Below are positions 28,968 to 39,490 of a DNA stretch of 64,000 nt, one piece after another. Both the position numbers and the translations under genes were made by a program. Below the pieces are notes generated by a model that searched no databases, was not told the origin of the DNA, and worked only from the letters and a program-made list of their open reading frames with translations. The number at the start of each line of letters is the position of its first letter. Within the stretch, counting starts at the first letter, position 1. Source of the stretch: an uncultured Chloroflexia bacterium. Lineage in GTDB: Bacteria > Chloroflexota > Anaerolineae > JAAYZQ01. Location of the stretch: NCBI GenBank assembly GCA_963700285.1, contig CAVOXA010000010.1, positions 704,001-768,000 on the forward strand. The letters run 5' to 3'.

Positions 28968-29040
28968 TACCCCTGGCAGGAATCGAACCTGCGACACATG
29001 GTTTAGGAAACCACTGCTCTATCCTCTGAGCTACAGGGGC
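28968..29040 (-). tRNA. tRNA-Arg(CCT)
   Basis: Reverse complement GCCCCTGTAGCTCAGAGGATAGAGCAGTGGTTTCCTAAACCATGTGTCGCAGGTTCGATTCCTGCCAGGGGTA; cloverleaf with anticodon CCT. Confidence 0.96.
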
Positions 29041-29209
29041 AGACCGCCGCCAGTATAACACAGGACTGGCTGGCTGACAAACCGCCTGGCTGTTGACGAA
29101 GGTCCGTGGCTATGCTCTGTAACACATCGACACTTTGATCGGTTGCTCGGTAAGGCCGAATTCTTACAGATCAAGGCCCTGGCTTTTCCGATCTGGCATA
29201 AGGGCCGAC

Positions 29210-29594
29210 CCGGAATCGCAATTCAAGACGATGAAGTATCGTGCCGATTTCCCGGAGAGATTTGGCTGCATCGAAGATGCCCGCGCCTGGGCTCGTCCCT
29301 TCTTCCAGTGGTACAACCACAACCATCATCACAGCGCCTTGGGGCTGATGACCCCCGCCACAGTTGACTTTGGTCAAGCACAACGAATAACGAACCAGTG
29401 CCAACAGGTCCTCCAGGTAGCCTATGCAGCACATCCAGAACGCTTTGTGGTGGCGAACCCAAACCGCCATCCTTACCGGAGGAAGTCTGGATCAACGGGC
29501 CGCAGTCGTCGGAGTGGCCGTGGGCGCAATCAAGACCCAGCGATTGCGCCCTAAATTCTGAAGCGAGTTGTCTCACATTGATTGACACATTCCG
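29210..29594 (+). mobile_element. IS3-family transposase C-terminal remnant with right end
   Basis: ESQFKTMKY...FFQWYN..HHHSALGLMTP...AYAAHPERFV, then frameshifted PKPPSLPEEVWIN; end TGTCTCACATTGATTGACACATTCCG. Confidence 0.8.
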
Positions 29595-29697
29595 ATGCGC
29601 GTCGCTACTACGCGGCCAATCTGCCAGATGCGGTAGCCTTGGTTCTACGGTCACCGGGTTGACTTTGCAACAGCCGTAGGACGCGTACTATCGAAAC

Positions 29698-29726
29698 TTG
29701 ACATGGTCTGGGGGACCGCTTATAAT
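29698..29726 (+). promoter_or_regulatory. Consensus sigma70 promoter ahead of the glycosylation locus
   Basis: TTGACA-17 nt-TATAAT. Confidence 0.7.
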
Positions 29727-30157
29727 TGTAAGCTAGAATGTGGGATGCTTTGAACCTGAATACCTTCGGATACAAGGAGTGAATGCTTTCCAGTTGCTTG
29801 GGATGATGCCGAGGAGTGAAGAGGATCCACATCGCCGTAGCTCTGTTGTACCCATTCCTGTCTTCCCAACACCAGTGTCAGAGTTGGCCAGAGAGGCCAC
29901 AATAGCGTTCTGCCTGGCAGAGTCGAGGGTAGGCCAAAGATCAAAAAGCGTTCGTATGGAATAGCATCCCAAAGTACTCCATTGCCGATCTTGCGCAACG
30001 ATCACATGCCCCTTCTCTATTGCCAGATTGGTTCTTCAGGCTAGCAGCCTTCCATTAGGCGATACTCGTTTCCCAGGAGCAGTAATAAGTACTGGATCCG
30101 GGCAGCTGCACAGCGGCTGGCACATTGCATTGATTGGTCCAGGAAGGAATTGGATGG

Positions 30158-31552
30158 ATGTTCTCGAGCAACGATTCGCTCGACGAAACGAGCAGCAGCT
30201 TCCGTGATGTGGATCCAGTCCCTCTGGCACAGCCGACTGCGGAGAGAGCAAACAATCCAGTAGTCAATCTCAGTCTGCTGCAGGTAGAGTTGGATCTACT
30301 AGATGAAGCTGAGAAGTCAGCGCTGCAGGATCCGGACTTGCCCCTGCGCGAGCGACTTGAGCTTGTGGATTTTGTTCGAGAGCGGCGAACCGGGTTGGCG
30401 AAACAAGTTGGCAGCTTGAGGGCCACGGCAGCCGAGCGTGCGGCAGATGCAGACCTGTTGCCTACTGCACTGCCTGACCAAGATACCCTATCCAGGTTGC
30501 AGCGGGAGATGCAACGACAGGAGAAGGACTTGGCGAGCATCGAGGCGCGGATGCAGGCGATGGAATCTCAGAGGAACTCAGGCCCTTGGGCACTGCTGGA
30601 TCTAGTGCCGACCTTGCTTGTACTGTTGGTTCTAGCGGTTGTGGGCTTGGCCGGGGTTCTACTGCCCAGCCAAGCAGGTCTCAGCACGGATGCTCTTGTC
30701 GACAAGGGATTGCTTTATCAGGCCGCCGGCAAGAGAGAGAAGGCTATCGAGGTACTGGAGCGAGCAGTGCAGGCTGGCATTGATGACACTGAAACCCTAG
30801 CAGACGTAGGCGAGGCGTTTCGTCTGTCGGGGGTGCCAAGACAAGCCATTGAGGTGCTCGAGCGAGCAGTAGAGCAAGCAGAAGGCGTGGAGTCCTACCG
30901 TCTGAGTCTGGCAAGGAGTTATGCAGATGCAGGACAGAATTCCAAAGCCGTTGGACAGTACAAGACTTTGATTGAAGATGACCCGACCAACGTCTGGTAC
31001 TATGCAGAGCTAGGTCATCAGTTCAGAAACCTGGAAGACTATGGCAAAGCCTTGGCACAGTATCGAAAGATGGAGGAACTCAACCCCAGCGCTTGGGAAG
31101 CATACCATTATCAAGGCGAGGTGTATCTGCGAGATCTCGAACAATGTGCCCGGGCATTGCCGCTGCTCCAACAAGCCCTCGAGATCAACCGCAGCAGCTA
31201 CTGGACCCATCTACGGCTAGGCGAAGCTTACGCCTGTGAGAACCAGTACGTCGATGCCTTTCGCGAGTTTGCAGTCGCAAGAGAGATCAATCCGGGTGCA
31301 CCAGAGACCTATTACTATATGGGTGAGGCTTACGCGGCACAGGGACACTGGACTCAGGCAACAAGGTCTTATGAACAGGCACTGATGAGGAACGGCAGCT
31401 ACGCCGATGCGTATGTCGGTCTGGGAGACGCACATGCTGCTCAAGGCGATTGCTCAGAAGCAGTTATCCAGTTTGCCAGAGCACTCCGGCTCGATCCCGA
31501 CCATTCTGAGGCTCAGGAGGGTCTTGAGTCGTGTGCAAGGAGTAACAGGTGA
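30158..31552 (+). CDS. Membrane-anchored tetratricopeptide repeat protein (coiled coil, one TM, ~8 TPRs)
   Basis: Hydrophobic LVPTLLVLLVLAVVGLAGVLL followed by repeated LG..Y...G....A......AL...P units. Confidence 0.85.
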   Translation: MFSSNDSLDETSSSFRDVDPVPLAQPTAERANNPVVNLSLLQVELDLLDEAEKSALQDPDLPLRERLELVDFVRERRTGLAKQVGSLRATAAERAADADLLPTALPDQDTLSRLQREMQRQEKDLASIEARMQAMESQRNSGPWALLDLVPTLLVLLVLAVVGLAGVLLPSQAGLSTDALVDKGLLYQAAGKREKAIEVLERAVQAGIDDTETLADVGEAFRLSGVPRQAIEVLERAVEQAEGVESYRLSLARSYADAGQNSKAVGQYKTLIEDDPTNVWYYAELGHQFRNLEDYGKALAQYRKMEELNPSAWEAYHYQGEVYLRDLEQCARALPLLQQALEINRSSYWTHLRLGEAYACENQYVDAFREFAVAREINPGAPETYYYMGEAYAAQGHWTQATRSYEQALMRNGSYADAYVGLGDAHAAQGDCSEAVIQFARALRLDPDHSEAQEGLESCARSNR

Positions 31553-31670
31553 ACCGAAAGCGGCTCAGGACAGGCGCCCCGGTCCTACTGCTTCTCACGG
31601 ATGAGCCGCGGATGCGGGATTCAGGCGCCTGTCGGTATCTTGTTCGTGAGGATGGCCATCATCCGAACCT

Positions 31671-32981
31671 GTGGCCGTTGAACAGTCACAGATGGTAAGT
31701 ACAGAAGCAACGAGACTGCTGATAGAGCACGGATTGGGACTCTGGCGCAGGCGCGCTGTGCGCCAGGCAGGCTGGCTGGTGGCTGCAACCATACTCAGTG
31801 GCGGGTTGAACTACCTGACGAATGCAGCGTTCGGACGCATACTGGGTCCTGCCGAGTATGGTGTCTATGCCGCGGTGTTATCATTGTACACAACTTGCAT
31901 AGCCCTGACAGGTGTGGTCCAGATCGTTGTAACCAACTACGCAGCCAGACTGGCCGCAGCCAATGACTGGCCCGCAATGCTCGGTATGGCACTGAGCATT
32001 GGCCGTGTCCTTGTTTTGACAGGGTTGGTTGCTGGCACCTTGATGATATTTGGATCTGGGATCATGGCCAAGGCGCTGCACTTTGCTGAGAGACAGCCGT
32101 TGTGGGTGCTGGCGGCAGCAATGCTGCCACTTGCTTTGATTCCTCTGGTGCTGGGTTTGCTGGCTGGCCAGCAGCGTTTTGGGTCTTTGGGCATGGTACA
32201 GGTTTGGGGGTCCGCGATACGCTTGCTGAGCGGACTTGTACTGCTGCGACTTGGTACTGGAGCAACTGGCGCGGTGGCTTCGCTCGCGTGTGCAGCTTGG
32301 GCTACGGCGACGATCGGCGGGCTGTCGCTGTCGAATGTGTGGCGGTACTGGCAAGAGCGCCACCAGCCAAAGCTGGAGGCATTGGGCAGTTTTGTGCTGT
32401 ACGCAGCCCTGGGAACGATGGGTTTTGCACTGCTCACGGGCATGGACGTTCTGATTGTGAAGGGTCGCTTTCTCCCAATGGAAGCAGGACTCTATGCCTC
32501 TGTCAGTACTGTCGGCAAGATCACTCTTTGGATTACCGGAGCACTGGGCATGTTCCTGTTGCCCAAGGCAGCCAGCCGTCACGCACGTGAGCAGGAAACT
32601 TCCGGCTTGCTCCGCGGCACGCAGGCATGCGTACTGTTGCTGGGCCTCGGGATGGCCATCCTCTTCTACGGATTATCAGTTCCCCTGATGCACCTAGTCT
32701 TCGGCGCAGGGTTCTTGGCCGAAGCAAACTTATTGGGTCCCTATGGCTTGGCGATGGCGGTGTACTCAGTGGTGGGCATCTGGTTCAACTACTTCCTGGC
32801 AGTGCGGTATATGCAGTACACATGGATCCTACTGGCCGGGGTCGCCACCCAAGTAGTTGTTCTGGTGCGGTTCTGCAGTACGCTGTCTGAGATTGTTTGG
32901 GCGATGTTGGGGGTGGGCTTGGTCCTGGTGGTCTGTGGAGAGGCTTCATACCGGCACTCTTTGCACAGGCGTAGTGTTTGA
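31671..32981 (+). CDS. Oligosaccharide flippase (Wzx/MOP family)
   Basis: RILGPAEYG, DVLIVK...EAGLYA, LLPKA; ~12 TM segments. Confidence 0.85.
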   Translation: MAVEQSQMVSTEATRLLIEHGLGLWRRRAVRQAGWLVAATILSGGLNYLTNAAFGRILGPAEYGVYAAVLSLYTTCIALTGVVQIVVTNYAARLAAANDWPAMLGMALSIGRVLVLTGLVAGTLMIFGSGIMAKALHFAERQPLWVLAAAMLPLALIPLVLGLLAGQQRFGSLGMVQVWGSAIRLLSGLVLLRLGTGATGAVASLACAAWATATIGGLSLSNVWRYWQERHQPKLEALGSFVLYAALGTMGFALLTGMDVLIVKGRFLPMEAGLYASVSTVGKITLWITGALGMFLLPKAASRHAREQETSGLLRGTQACVLLLGLGMAILFYGLSVPLMHLVFGAGFLAEANLLGPYGLAMAVYSVVGIWFNYFLAVRYMQYTWILLAGVATQVVVLVRFCSTLSEIVWAMLGVGLVLVVCGEASYRHSLHRRSV

Positions 32982-33718
32982 ACACCATGTGCACGAGGGA
33001 GCCATGCATGGTTGTTGTCTTGCCGACCTACAACGAGGCGGAAAACCTTCCAGCCCTCGTGCCCCGGCTACTGGACATCGCGCCTGTGCGTGTGCTGATT
33101 GTTGACGATGACTCACCCGATGGGACCGGGCAGGTTGCAGATGAACTGAGAGAAGAGTTTCCTTCAAGGGTGGGTGTCCTTCATCGGCGCGGGGTGCCTC
33201 GAGGGCTGGGCTTGGCCTATTCAGATGGGTTCGCATCAGCGTTGGAACAGGGTGCAGACATAGTCATAGGAATGGATGCCGATCAGTCTCACTCTCCAGA
33301 GCATATTCCGACGATGCTGAATATAATGGTTCAGGAAGGCCATGATATCGTGGTCGGTTCTCGATACATCCCAGGCGGCGGGGTTGATGGTGGTTGGGGC
33401 TGGCAACGCCGGTTGCTCAGCCGGGCAGCACAACTGTGGGCCAGAGGACTGTTGGGCCTAGCGACTCACGACGTGACCGGGGCCTTTCGCTGCTATAGCC
33501 GCCGTGCATTGCAGACTCTGGACCTCGAGCAGATGCATCTTGACGGCTTCGGTTTCCTAATCGAGATCGTTCATCAAGCCGAGCGCAAACAGTTGCGAAT
33601 TGCAGAGATACCCATTAGATTCCGCGATAGGGAGTATGGTATGAGCAAAGTTTCGCCTCGCATTGTGGTTGCTGCGGTTGCGCAGGTACTCGGCTTGCGC
33701 CTGAGAGGTGGGAGCTGA
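32978..33718 (+). CDS. Polyprenol-monophosphomannose synthase-like GT2
   Basis: LPTYNEAENL, VDDDSPDGTG, MDADQSH, GSRY, DVTGAFR. Confidence 0.88.
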   Translation: MNTMCTREPCMVVVLPTYNEAENLPALVPRLLDIAPVRVLIVDDDSPDGTGQVADELREEFPSRVGVLHRRGVPRGLGLAYSDGFASALEQGADIVIGMDADQSHSPEHIPTMLNIMVQEGHDIVVGSRYIPGGGVDGGWGWQRRLLSRAAQLWARGLLGLATHDVTGAFRCYSRRALQTLDLEQMHLDGFGFLIEIVHQAERKQLRIAEIPIRFRDREYGMSKVSPRIVVAAVAQVLGLRLRGGS

Positions 33719-34715
33719 GGTGTTGCCTCTGATCAGCGTGATAATTCCAGTACGACCTGGCGGTGTGGCTCAGGCTGTACTGGAGAGCCTAGCTGGGGTT
33801 GACTATCCCAAAGAGCAGATTGAAGTTCTGATAGCGGAAGGGACGCAGCCCTCCAAGCAGCGCAACGAAGCCGCAAAACAGGCAAGAGGGGATCTGTTGT
33901 ATTTCCTGGATGATGACTCGGCCATCTATGCCAACCTCTTTCGAGACGTACTGAGGTGGTTCTGTGACGACCGCATCGCAGCCGTGGGTGGGCCGGCCGT
34001 TACCAGGCAGACAGACACTTTTGTACAGAAGTGCTTTGGTCATGCTCTCGGAGCCTACTTCGGGTCGCTAGGCATGAGCTACAAGTTCAAGGCGAACGGT
34101 TGGGTGAAAGAAGCGACGGAGCGAGATCTCATTCTGGCGAACCTGGCCATACGCCGTGAGGTCTTTCTGGCTGCTGGGGGTTTCAACGAGAACCTGTATC
34201 CCAACGAGGAGAACGAGTTGCTGAATCGCCTGAGCGGCAAAGGATACCGTTTCATCTACAATGCCGAGGCCGTTGTGTACCGTAGCCAGAGGGAAAACCT
34301 CGCCAAGTTCATGGCCCAGAACTTTAACTATGGCCGAGGGCGCATGGAGCATTTCTTTGTCAATCCAGGTTTCTTTGCACCGATGTTTTTGCTGCCACTA
34401 GTCTTCGTCTTGTACCTGTGTACCGTGCCGTTTGTGGTCAGGTGGTGGTACTTGATCCCCCTGGGGCTGTACGTGTGTCTTGATCTCCTGCAGGCGATTC
34501 AGATAGCCCTGGAGCAGCGCCAAGGCCGTGTGTTGTTGGTTGTTCCGTTTCTGTTTCCACTGATGCATATCTCCTACGGATGTGGCCTGGCCTGGGCGCT
34601 TTCCCGCAGACTCCTGCGCCGCCCCTTGACTTCCTCTGAAGGCGATGTTCTGCAAATCACCCGTGTGCAGCTCGACAGCAATCCAGACCATGCACCAGTA
34701 GGAGGAGATGGGTGA
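33708..34715 (+). CDS. GT2 glycosyltransferase with C-terminal TM segments
   Basis: ISVIIP, RNEAA..ARGD.LYFLDDDS, GGFNE. Confidence 0.88.
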   Translation: MGAEVLPLISVIIPVRPGGVAQAVLESLAGVDYPKEQIEVLIAEGTQPSKQRNEAAKQARGDLLYFLDDDSAIYANLFRDVLRWFCDDRIAAVGGPAVTRQTDTFVQKCFGHALGAYFGSLGMSYKFKANGWVKEATERDLILANLAIRREVFLAAGGFNENLYPNEENELLNRLSGKGYRFIYNAEAVVYRSQRENLAKFMAQNFNYGRGRMEHFFVNPGFFAPMFLLPLVFVLYLCTVPFVVRWWYLIPLGLYVCLDLLQAIQIALEQRQGRVLLVVPFLFPLMHISYGCGLAWALSRRLLRRPLTSSEGDVLQITRVQLDSNPDHAPVGGDG

Positions 34716-36205
34716 AAGTTGCCATCGTGTATCCCCCGCTGGGGCAAGACCAAGGACACCCCCACTTGGGCCAGAACCGCCAGTTCCGCTATACTCATTC
34801 ACGGGCGGTCAAGATCTACCCAATTGTACCGGCTACGGCTGCAACGTTGCTGAAACAAAATGGCATTGACGTCCTTTACCTCGACGGCATCAACCTGGAG
34901 CTTTCGGATCGGGAGTACGAGCAGCGCCTGGAGCAGTTTGGTCCGGACCTTGTGATGTTGGAGACAAAAGCACCAGTGATCGACCTGCATTGGCAATACA
35001 TGGACAAGTACAAAGCCCAGCATCCAGACACGATTTTGGTATTGGTCGGTGACCACGTCACGGCGTTCCCAGACGAGTCGTTGGAGCGTTGTCAGGTGGA
35101 CTATGTCTTACTCGGAGGGGACTATGATGTCAGCTTGCTGCAACTGGTCCGTCACATTGAAGACGCAGCCCCATTGCCCGGTGGAGCGCACTATCGGCAA
35201 GATGACGGGATACTGAACACCGGACCGTTTGAAATGCTCGATGATCTGGATCAACTGCCATTCATCGACCGTGATCTGACAATGTGGCAGAACTATGGCG
35301 AAGCATACCTATACAAACCGTGTACCTATATCATGAGTGGCCGGGGCTGTGGTCGGTCCGACGGAGGGGGTGGCGTATGCACGTTCTGTATTTGGCAGCA
35401 GAACCTGTGGCAGCGGATCCCGAGGCTGCGTTCTCCGGAGAATGTCGTCGCCGAAATCGACCATCTGGTGAACAGCTACGGGGTTGCCGAGATCTTTGAC
35501 GACAATGACGGCGGGGCCGTCTGGAGCTTGGACTGGCTGCGAGGGTTCCACCGCGAGATGAAACGCCGTGGGCTGATCGGGCGCGTACATTTCTCCTGCA
35601 ATGCCCGCGCCGATTCACTCACGCCCGAGGCGTGCGACTTGATGAAGAGGACTGGATTCCGGCTGCTCAAGGTCGGACTGGAGTCGGGCAACGATGAAAC
35701 GCTGAGGCGTCTCAACAAGCGGGAGAGCGTGGAGGAAATAAAACGGGGAATCAAGACAGCCAAGGACGCCGGGCTCAGGATCTTGATCACCACGATGGTG
35801 GGCTACCCCTGGGAGACAGAAGAGCAAGCTCATCAGACCTACCAGGTGGCCAAAGAGCTGATGACCTACAAAGCACGGGCTGGCGATTCCTTACAGTCGA
35901 GCGTGATTGTTCCATATCCAGGCACACCGCTCTATCATGAGGCAATGAAGAACGGGTGGTTGCTCTATGGGCCCGAGGAGTATGCCAAGTATGATATGTC
36001 TGGACCCGTTCTCAAGACTGAGGTCGACACCGACCATTGGTGCGCCAGGATGTGGCGGGTACACTATGAACCCTTGTTCTTGGCGGGTTCGTTCTTTTCC
36101 ATTCGCTCCTTTGACGACATCCGCCTGCTTTTGGGAGGGGTAAGCTCGTTGTGGGGACACATAAGCGACTATCAAAGTCGGTCCACAGAGGCTGGGCTGG
36201 AATGA
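34712..36205 (+). CDS. B12-binding-domain radical SAM enzyme (HpnJ-like) with CX9CX2C motif
   Basis: GRGCGRSDGGGGVCTFC, RSPENVVAEI, VGLESGN, MVGYPWET, PYPGTPLY. Confidence 0.88.
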   Translation: MKVAIVYPPLGQDQGHPHLGQNRQFRYTHSRAVKIYPIVPATAATLLKQNGIDVLYLDGINLELSDREYEQRLEQFGPDLVMLETKAPVIDLHWQYMDKYKAQHPDTILVLVGDHVTAFPDESLERCQVDYVLLGGDYDVSLLQLVRHIEDAAPLPGGAHYRQDDGILNTGPFEMLDDLDQLPFIDRDLTMWQNYGEAYLYKPCTYIMSGRGCGRSDGGGGVCTFCIWQQNLWQRIPRLRSPENVVAEIDHLVNSYGVAEIFDDNDGGAVWSLDWLRGFHREMKRRGLIGRVHFSCNARADSLTPEACDLMKRTGFRLLKVGLESGNDETLRRLNKRESVEEIKRGIKTAKDAGLRILITTMVGYPWETEEQAHQTYQVAKELMTYKARAGDSLQSSVIVPYPGTPLYHEAMKNGWLLYGPEEYAKYDMSGPVLKTEVDTDHWCARMWRVHYEPLFLAGSFFSIRSFDDIRLLLGGVSSLWGHISDYQSRSTEAGLE

Positions 36206-37170
36206 GGCTCTCATGCTTCGAGTCACTTTTCTACATGCCCGAGTACAAAGATAGGAACCTTCTCTTCGATCTTTTCCTACGTGTCTTTGGGTACCCGATC
36301 TATATTCGCCGGTTGGAGGCCCGGTCGATCTTTCGGATGGTGGGCAACATCGATGGCCAGATGGTTCTTGATCTGGGCTGTGGGGATGGGTTCCTGAGTA
36401 TTCCGATGAGCAAGAGGGGGGCCAACGTGGTGGGGGTGGACATCGATGGCGAAAAGTTTGAACTTGCGAAGGAGCGGTTGGCAAAGCTAGATCTGCCGTC
36501 AGAGCCGATATTGGTGGTGGCTGACGCGACTAGCCTGCCATTCAAGGACGAGGTTTTTGATGCCACAGTCAGTAACTGTGTCATTGAGCACATCCCAGAT
36601 GACGATGCCGTATTCCGAGAAGTCTACCGAACCATCCGACAGAACAAACCCTTTGTGGCAACAATGCCGAGCGAAGAAGGAAAAAGCATCATTCCCTTTA
36701 CCGCTCTGTGGATCAAGAGTCCCAGGTGGTTACGCAGCCTGTTTGCACCCAGGTATCTTGCGGCCAACGAGTTTGGGTCGGTCAGAGAAGCCCGCAAGTT
36801 TCTCAAGCGCCAGGTGCTGGCTGAACACCAAAACTACACGCGACCCGGATTGTTTGCCCAGTTGGCAGCCTCCGGGTTTGAGATTGAAGAGTTCGAGTAT
36901 TTGATCCAGTTTTTTGGGGCCATTGTGCAGGATGTCGTTTTTGGGTTGCGAGCGATTTTCCTGAACATGGGCACGGCCTTATTGTTTCCAATCTTTTATC
37001 CGATCTGCCTGCTGGACACAAGATTCGTCCCTGAGGATGTTGTAGGTGAAGAGTTTGCCTTTCTGGCCTACAAACCTAGAATCAGACAAGCACCTCGCTG
37101 CGGGTCGCCAGTCTGGGCCATGAGGCGGACAAACGCGGCTCAGATCGACCACAGCCAACGAGGCCAGTGA
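36202..37170 (+). CDS. Class I SAM-dependent methyltransferase
   Basis: VLDLGCGDG, ADATSLPF..EVFD, VIEHI; ATGA overlap with the radical SAM stop. Confidence 0.88.
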   Translation: MRLSCFESLFYMPEYKDRNLLFDLFLRVFGYPIYIRRLEARSIFRMVGNIDGQMVLDLGCGDGFLSIPMSKRGANVVGVDIDGEKFELAKERLAKLDLPSEPILVVADATSLPFKDEVFDATVSNCVIEHIPDDDAVFREVYRTIRQNKPFVATMPSEEGKSIIPFTALWIKSPRWLRSLFAPRYLAANEFGSVREARKFLKRQVLAEHQNYTRPGLFAQLAASGFEIEEFEYLIQFFGAIVQDVVFGLRAIFLNMGTALLFPIFYPICLLDTRFVPEDVVGEEFAFLAYKPRIRQAPRCGSPVWAMRRTNAAQIDHSQRGQ

Positions 37171-38337
37171 ATGCAGATACTGATGGTCGCTGCGGGTATG
37201 AGCTTGCTATCCGGCGAGGACCGAAGGCTCATCGAGCTGGGTAAGCGATGGATTGAGAAAGGTCACAGGATTGACTGCCTGATCCCTGCATCCTCGCTCG
37301 AGGTGTGCCAGCAGGAGGGTCTGAAGGCCAACTTTATCACCTTTCCCCCTGTACTCTCGGATGCAACCTGGCTAAACATCGGTGTGGTATGGACTGTCAG
37401 AGCGTTGGCCGCGTCCGTTTCTCTGCCCAGAAGCTGGCGTGGTGATGTTGTCTATTCGCGATCTAGGCTTTATCCTGATTTGATTCCTGCCTGGCTCCTG
37501 AAGAGACGACACCGCGACGCCAAATGGATCGTGAGTATTGCTCACTGGATCCAATCGCCCTCGAAGCGTCCCAGGGGAGACATTCTGGACTGGGTCGTCC
37601 AACTATGGCGCTTACCTGCTCGAACAGGCAGGCCTAGTCATGGCAACTCGCTACGCAGATATGATCACAACCCACAACGCAGCAGCGTCGGAGGAGATCG
37701 CTTCGGAGGACCAGGGCGAGCGTCGCATTGACCGGTGATGGGATCGACAGAAGGCTGATTGATTCGGTTACAGTACGTCAGCTTAGAATATGACGCCTCA
37801 TTTGTGGGCCGTATCCATCCTACAAAGGGGATCTCGGATCTGATTCAGGCCTGGCGATTGGTGTGTGACAAGCGGCCGGATGCCAAGCTGGCGATTGTGG
37901 GCGGCACACTACCGGGAAAGGCCGCCTACGAACAGTCGCTGCATGACAAGGTCCGGGAATCCGACTTGGAGCAAGAACGTCACCTTTCTGGGTTTTTGGA
38001 GACAGAGGAGGTGTTCCGAACGATCAAGTCGAGCAGGGTGTTCGTGTTTCCAAGCTACGAGGAGGGGTGGGGATTGGCCATCCTTGAGGCCATGGCTTGC
38101 AAGGTCCCGGTCGTTGCTTACGATCTTCCAGTTTACCGTGACATCTTTGGGGATAGCCTTTGTACGGTGCCAGTTGGAGACATTGACTTGCTGGCACGCC
38201 AAATCAATGACCTCTTGGAGAACAGGAACTTGCAGCATCTCAAGTCAGAGGCAGGCTATTCGCTCGCCACTCAGCACGATTGGGATGCCGTCGCAGCGCA
38301 AGAGTTGGTCAGCATCGAAGGGATCGTGAGGTCATGA
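37171..38337 (+). pseudogene. GT4 glycosyltransferase broken by several frameshifts (~37570-37790)
   Basis: N-terminal GT4 part in one frame, the middle (YADMITT) in a second, the C-terminal part (FVGRI..KG, PSYEEGWGLAILEAMA) in a third. Confidence 0.7.
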
Positions 38338-38356
38338 GAATTGGGATGCGCCCCGG

Positions 38357-39490
38357 ATGACAGGACGAACTACGAAAGTGGGAAAACGAGTCCTTGTGGT
38401 CTCGATGTTTCCCATGTCCACACCGACTCTGCTCTCCAGGCTCTTGCCTCTGGCTCGCAGACTGGTCGACCGCGGCTACCGGTTCACCTTTCTGGTTAGC
38501 GACCCTGCCGGCGTTGACCCGGGACACCCGGCCATCAAAGTCACTCCGTTCCGCAGTATGCCGGACCTTGTCCAGCGGATCATGAAGGTGTCATCTGGCC
38601 AGTACGACATTGTCCATGCGCACAAGCCGTTCAGCGTGACGGGCTTTGCCTGCTACGTTGGCTGCATGCTCAAGAGGGACGTCGCTTTCGTCCTGGAGGC
38701 AGATGACCTGGAACAGGCAGCCCACCAAGTACGGACGCGCCAGGTGCAAGAGATCTTTTTCGAAAAGTTCTTGATGCGAGCGGCACAACACGTCACAACG
38801 AATTCCTGGAATCTGCTTGCCTATTGGAAACAGGCGACGTATATCCCCGTGAGCGCCGAACTGGATGTCTTTGACGGCTCGCGAATCAGCGAGGCCGAGC
38901 GCGGACGAGTGCGCGACAGGTATGGCATACAGGGGAAAATGATGCTGTGGGTAGCCAGGCTTGCAGGAGACATCGATCAAGAATACATCTTTCAGATCTT
39001 CCATGAAATTGCGGCCAAGCAGGCCGACCTGAGCCTGCTGGTCATAGGCGATGGGGAGTACCATTCCGCCATGCAGGCACGGGTTAGGGAGATTGGCCTC
39101 GACGAGCATGTCGTATTTACGGGCCGGATCCCCTTTTCGGATCTACCACAGTACTATGCGGCTGCAGATCTGTCCTTTCTTCCCTTGCGAAACCAGCCCT
39201 TCGATCAATGCAAGGCGCCTACCAAACTCCCGGAGGCGATGGCCATGGAACTGCCCATTGTCTCGACAGATATCGGAGAGCCCAAGCACGTCATCGAGGA
39301 GGCCAACTGTGGTCTTCTAATCCCCTTCGATGACGCATCTTCGGCTGCGGCACGAGTTCTGGACCTGATGGCCGACGGGGAACGGTGCAGGATGCTGGGC
39401 AAGAATGGGCGGAGATACCTGGAGCGCTATCGGAACTATGATCTGTTGGCCGAGGAACTGCACAGGGTATATGAAAAAGCTGCGAGCTAG
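38357..39490 (+). CDS. GT4 glycosyltransferase
   Basis: LLVIGDG, VFTGRI, PTKLPEAMAMELPIVSTDIG. Confidence 0.9.
   Translation: MTGRTTKVGKRVLVVSMFPMSTPTLLSRLLPLARRLVDRGYRFTFLVSDPAGVDPGHPAIKVTPFRSMPDLVQRIMKVSSGQYDIVHAHKPFSVTGFACYVGCMLKRDVAFVLEADDLEQAAHQVRTRQVQEIFFEKFLMRAAQHVTTNSWNLLAYWKQATYIPVSAELDVFDGSRISEAERGRVRDRYGIQGKMMLWVARLAGDIDQEYIFQIFHEIAAKQADLSLLVIGDGEYHSAMQARVREIGLDEHVVFTGRIPFSDLPQYYAAADLSFLPLRNQPFDQCKAPTKLPEAMAMELPIVSTDIGEPKHVIEEANCGLLIPFDDASSAAARVLDLMADGERCRMLGKNGRRYLERYRNYDLLAEELHRVYEKAAS

Noticed and set aside
28968-29040. tRNA-Arg as the integration site of the glycosylation locus
   Set aside because: The locus lies on the 5' side of the tRNA; no integrase and no duplicated tRNA 3' end were seen.
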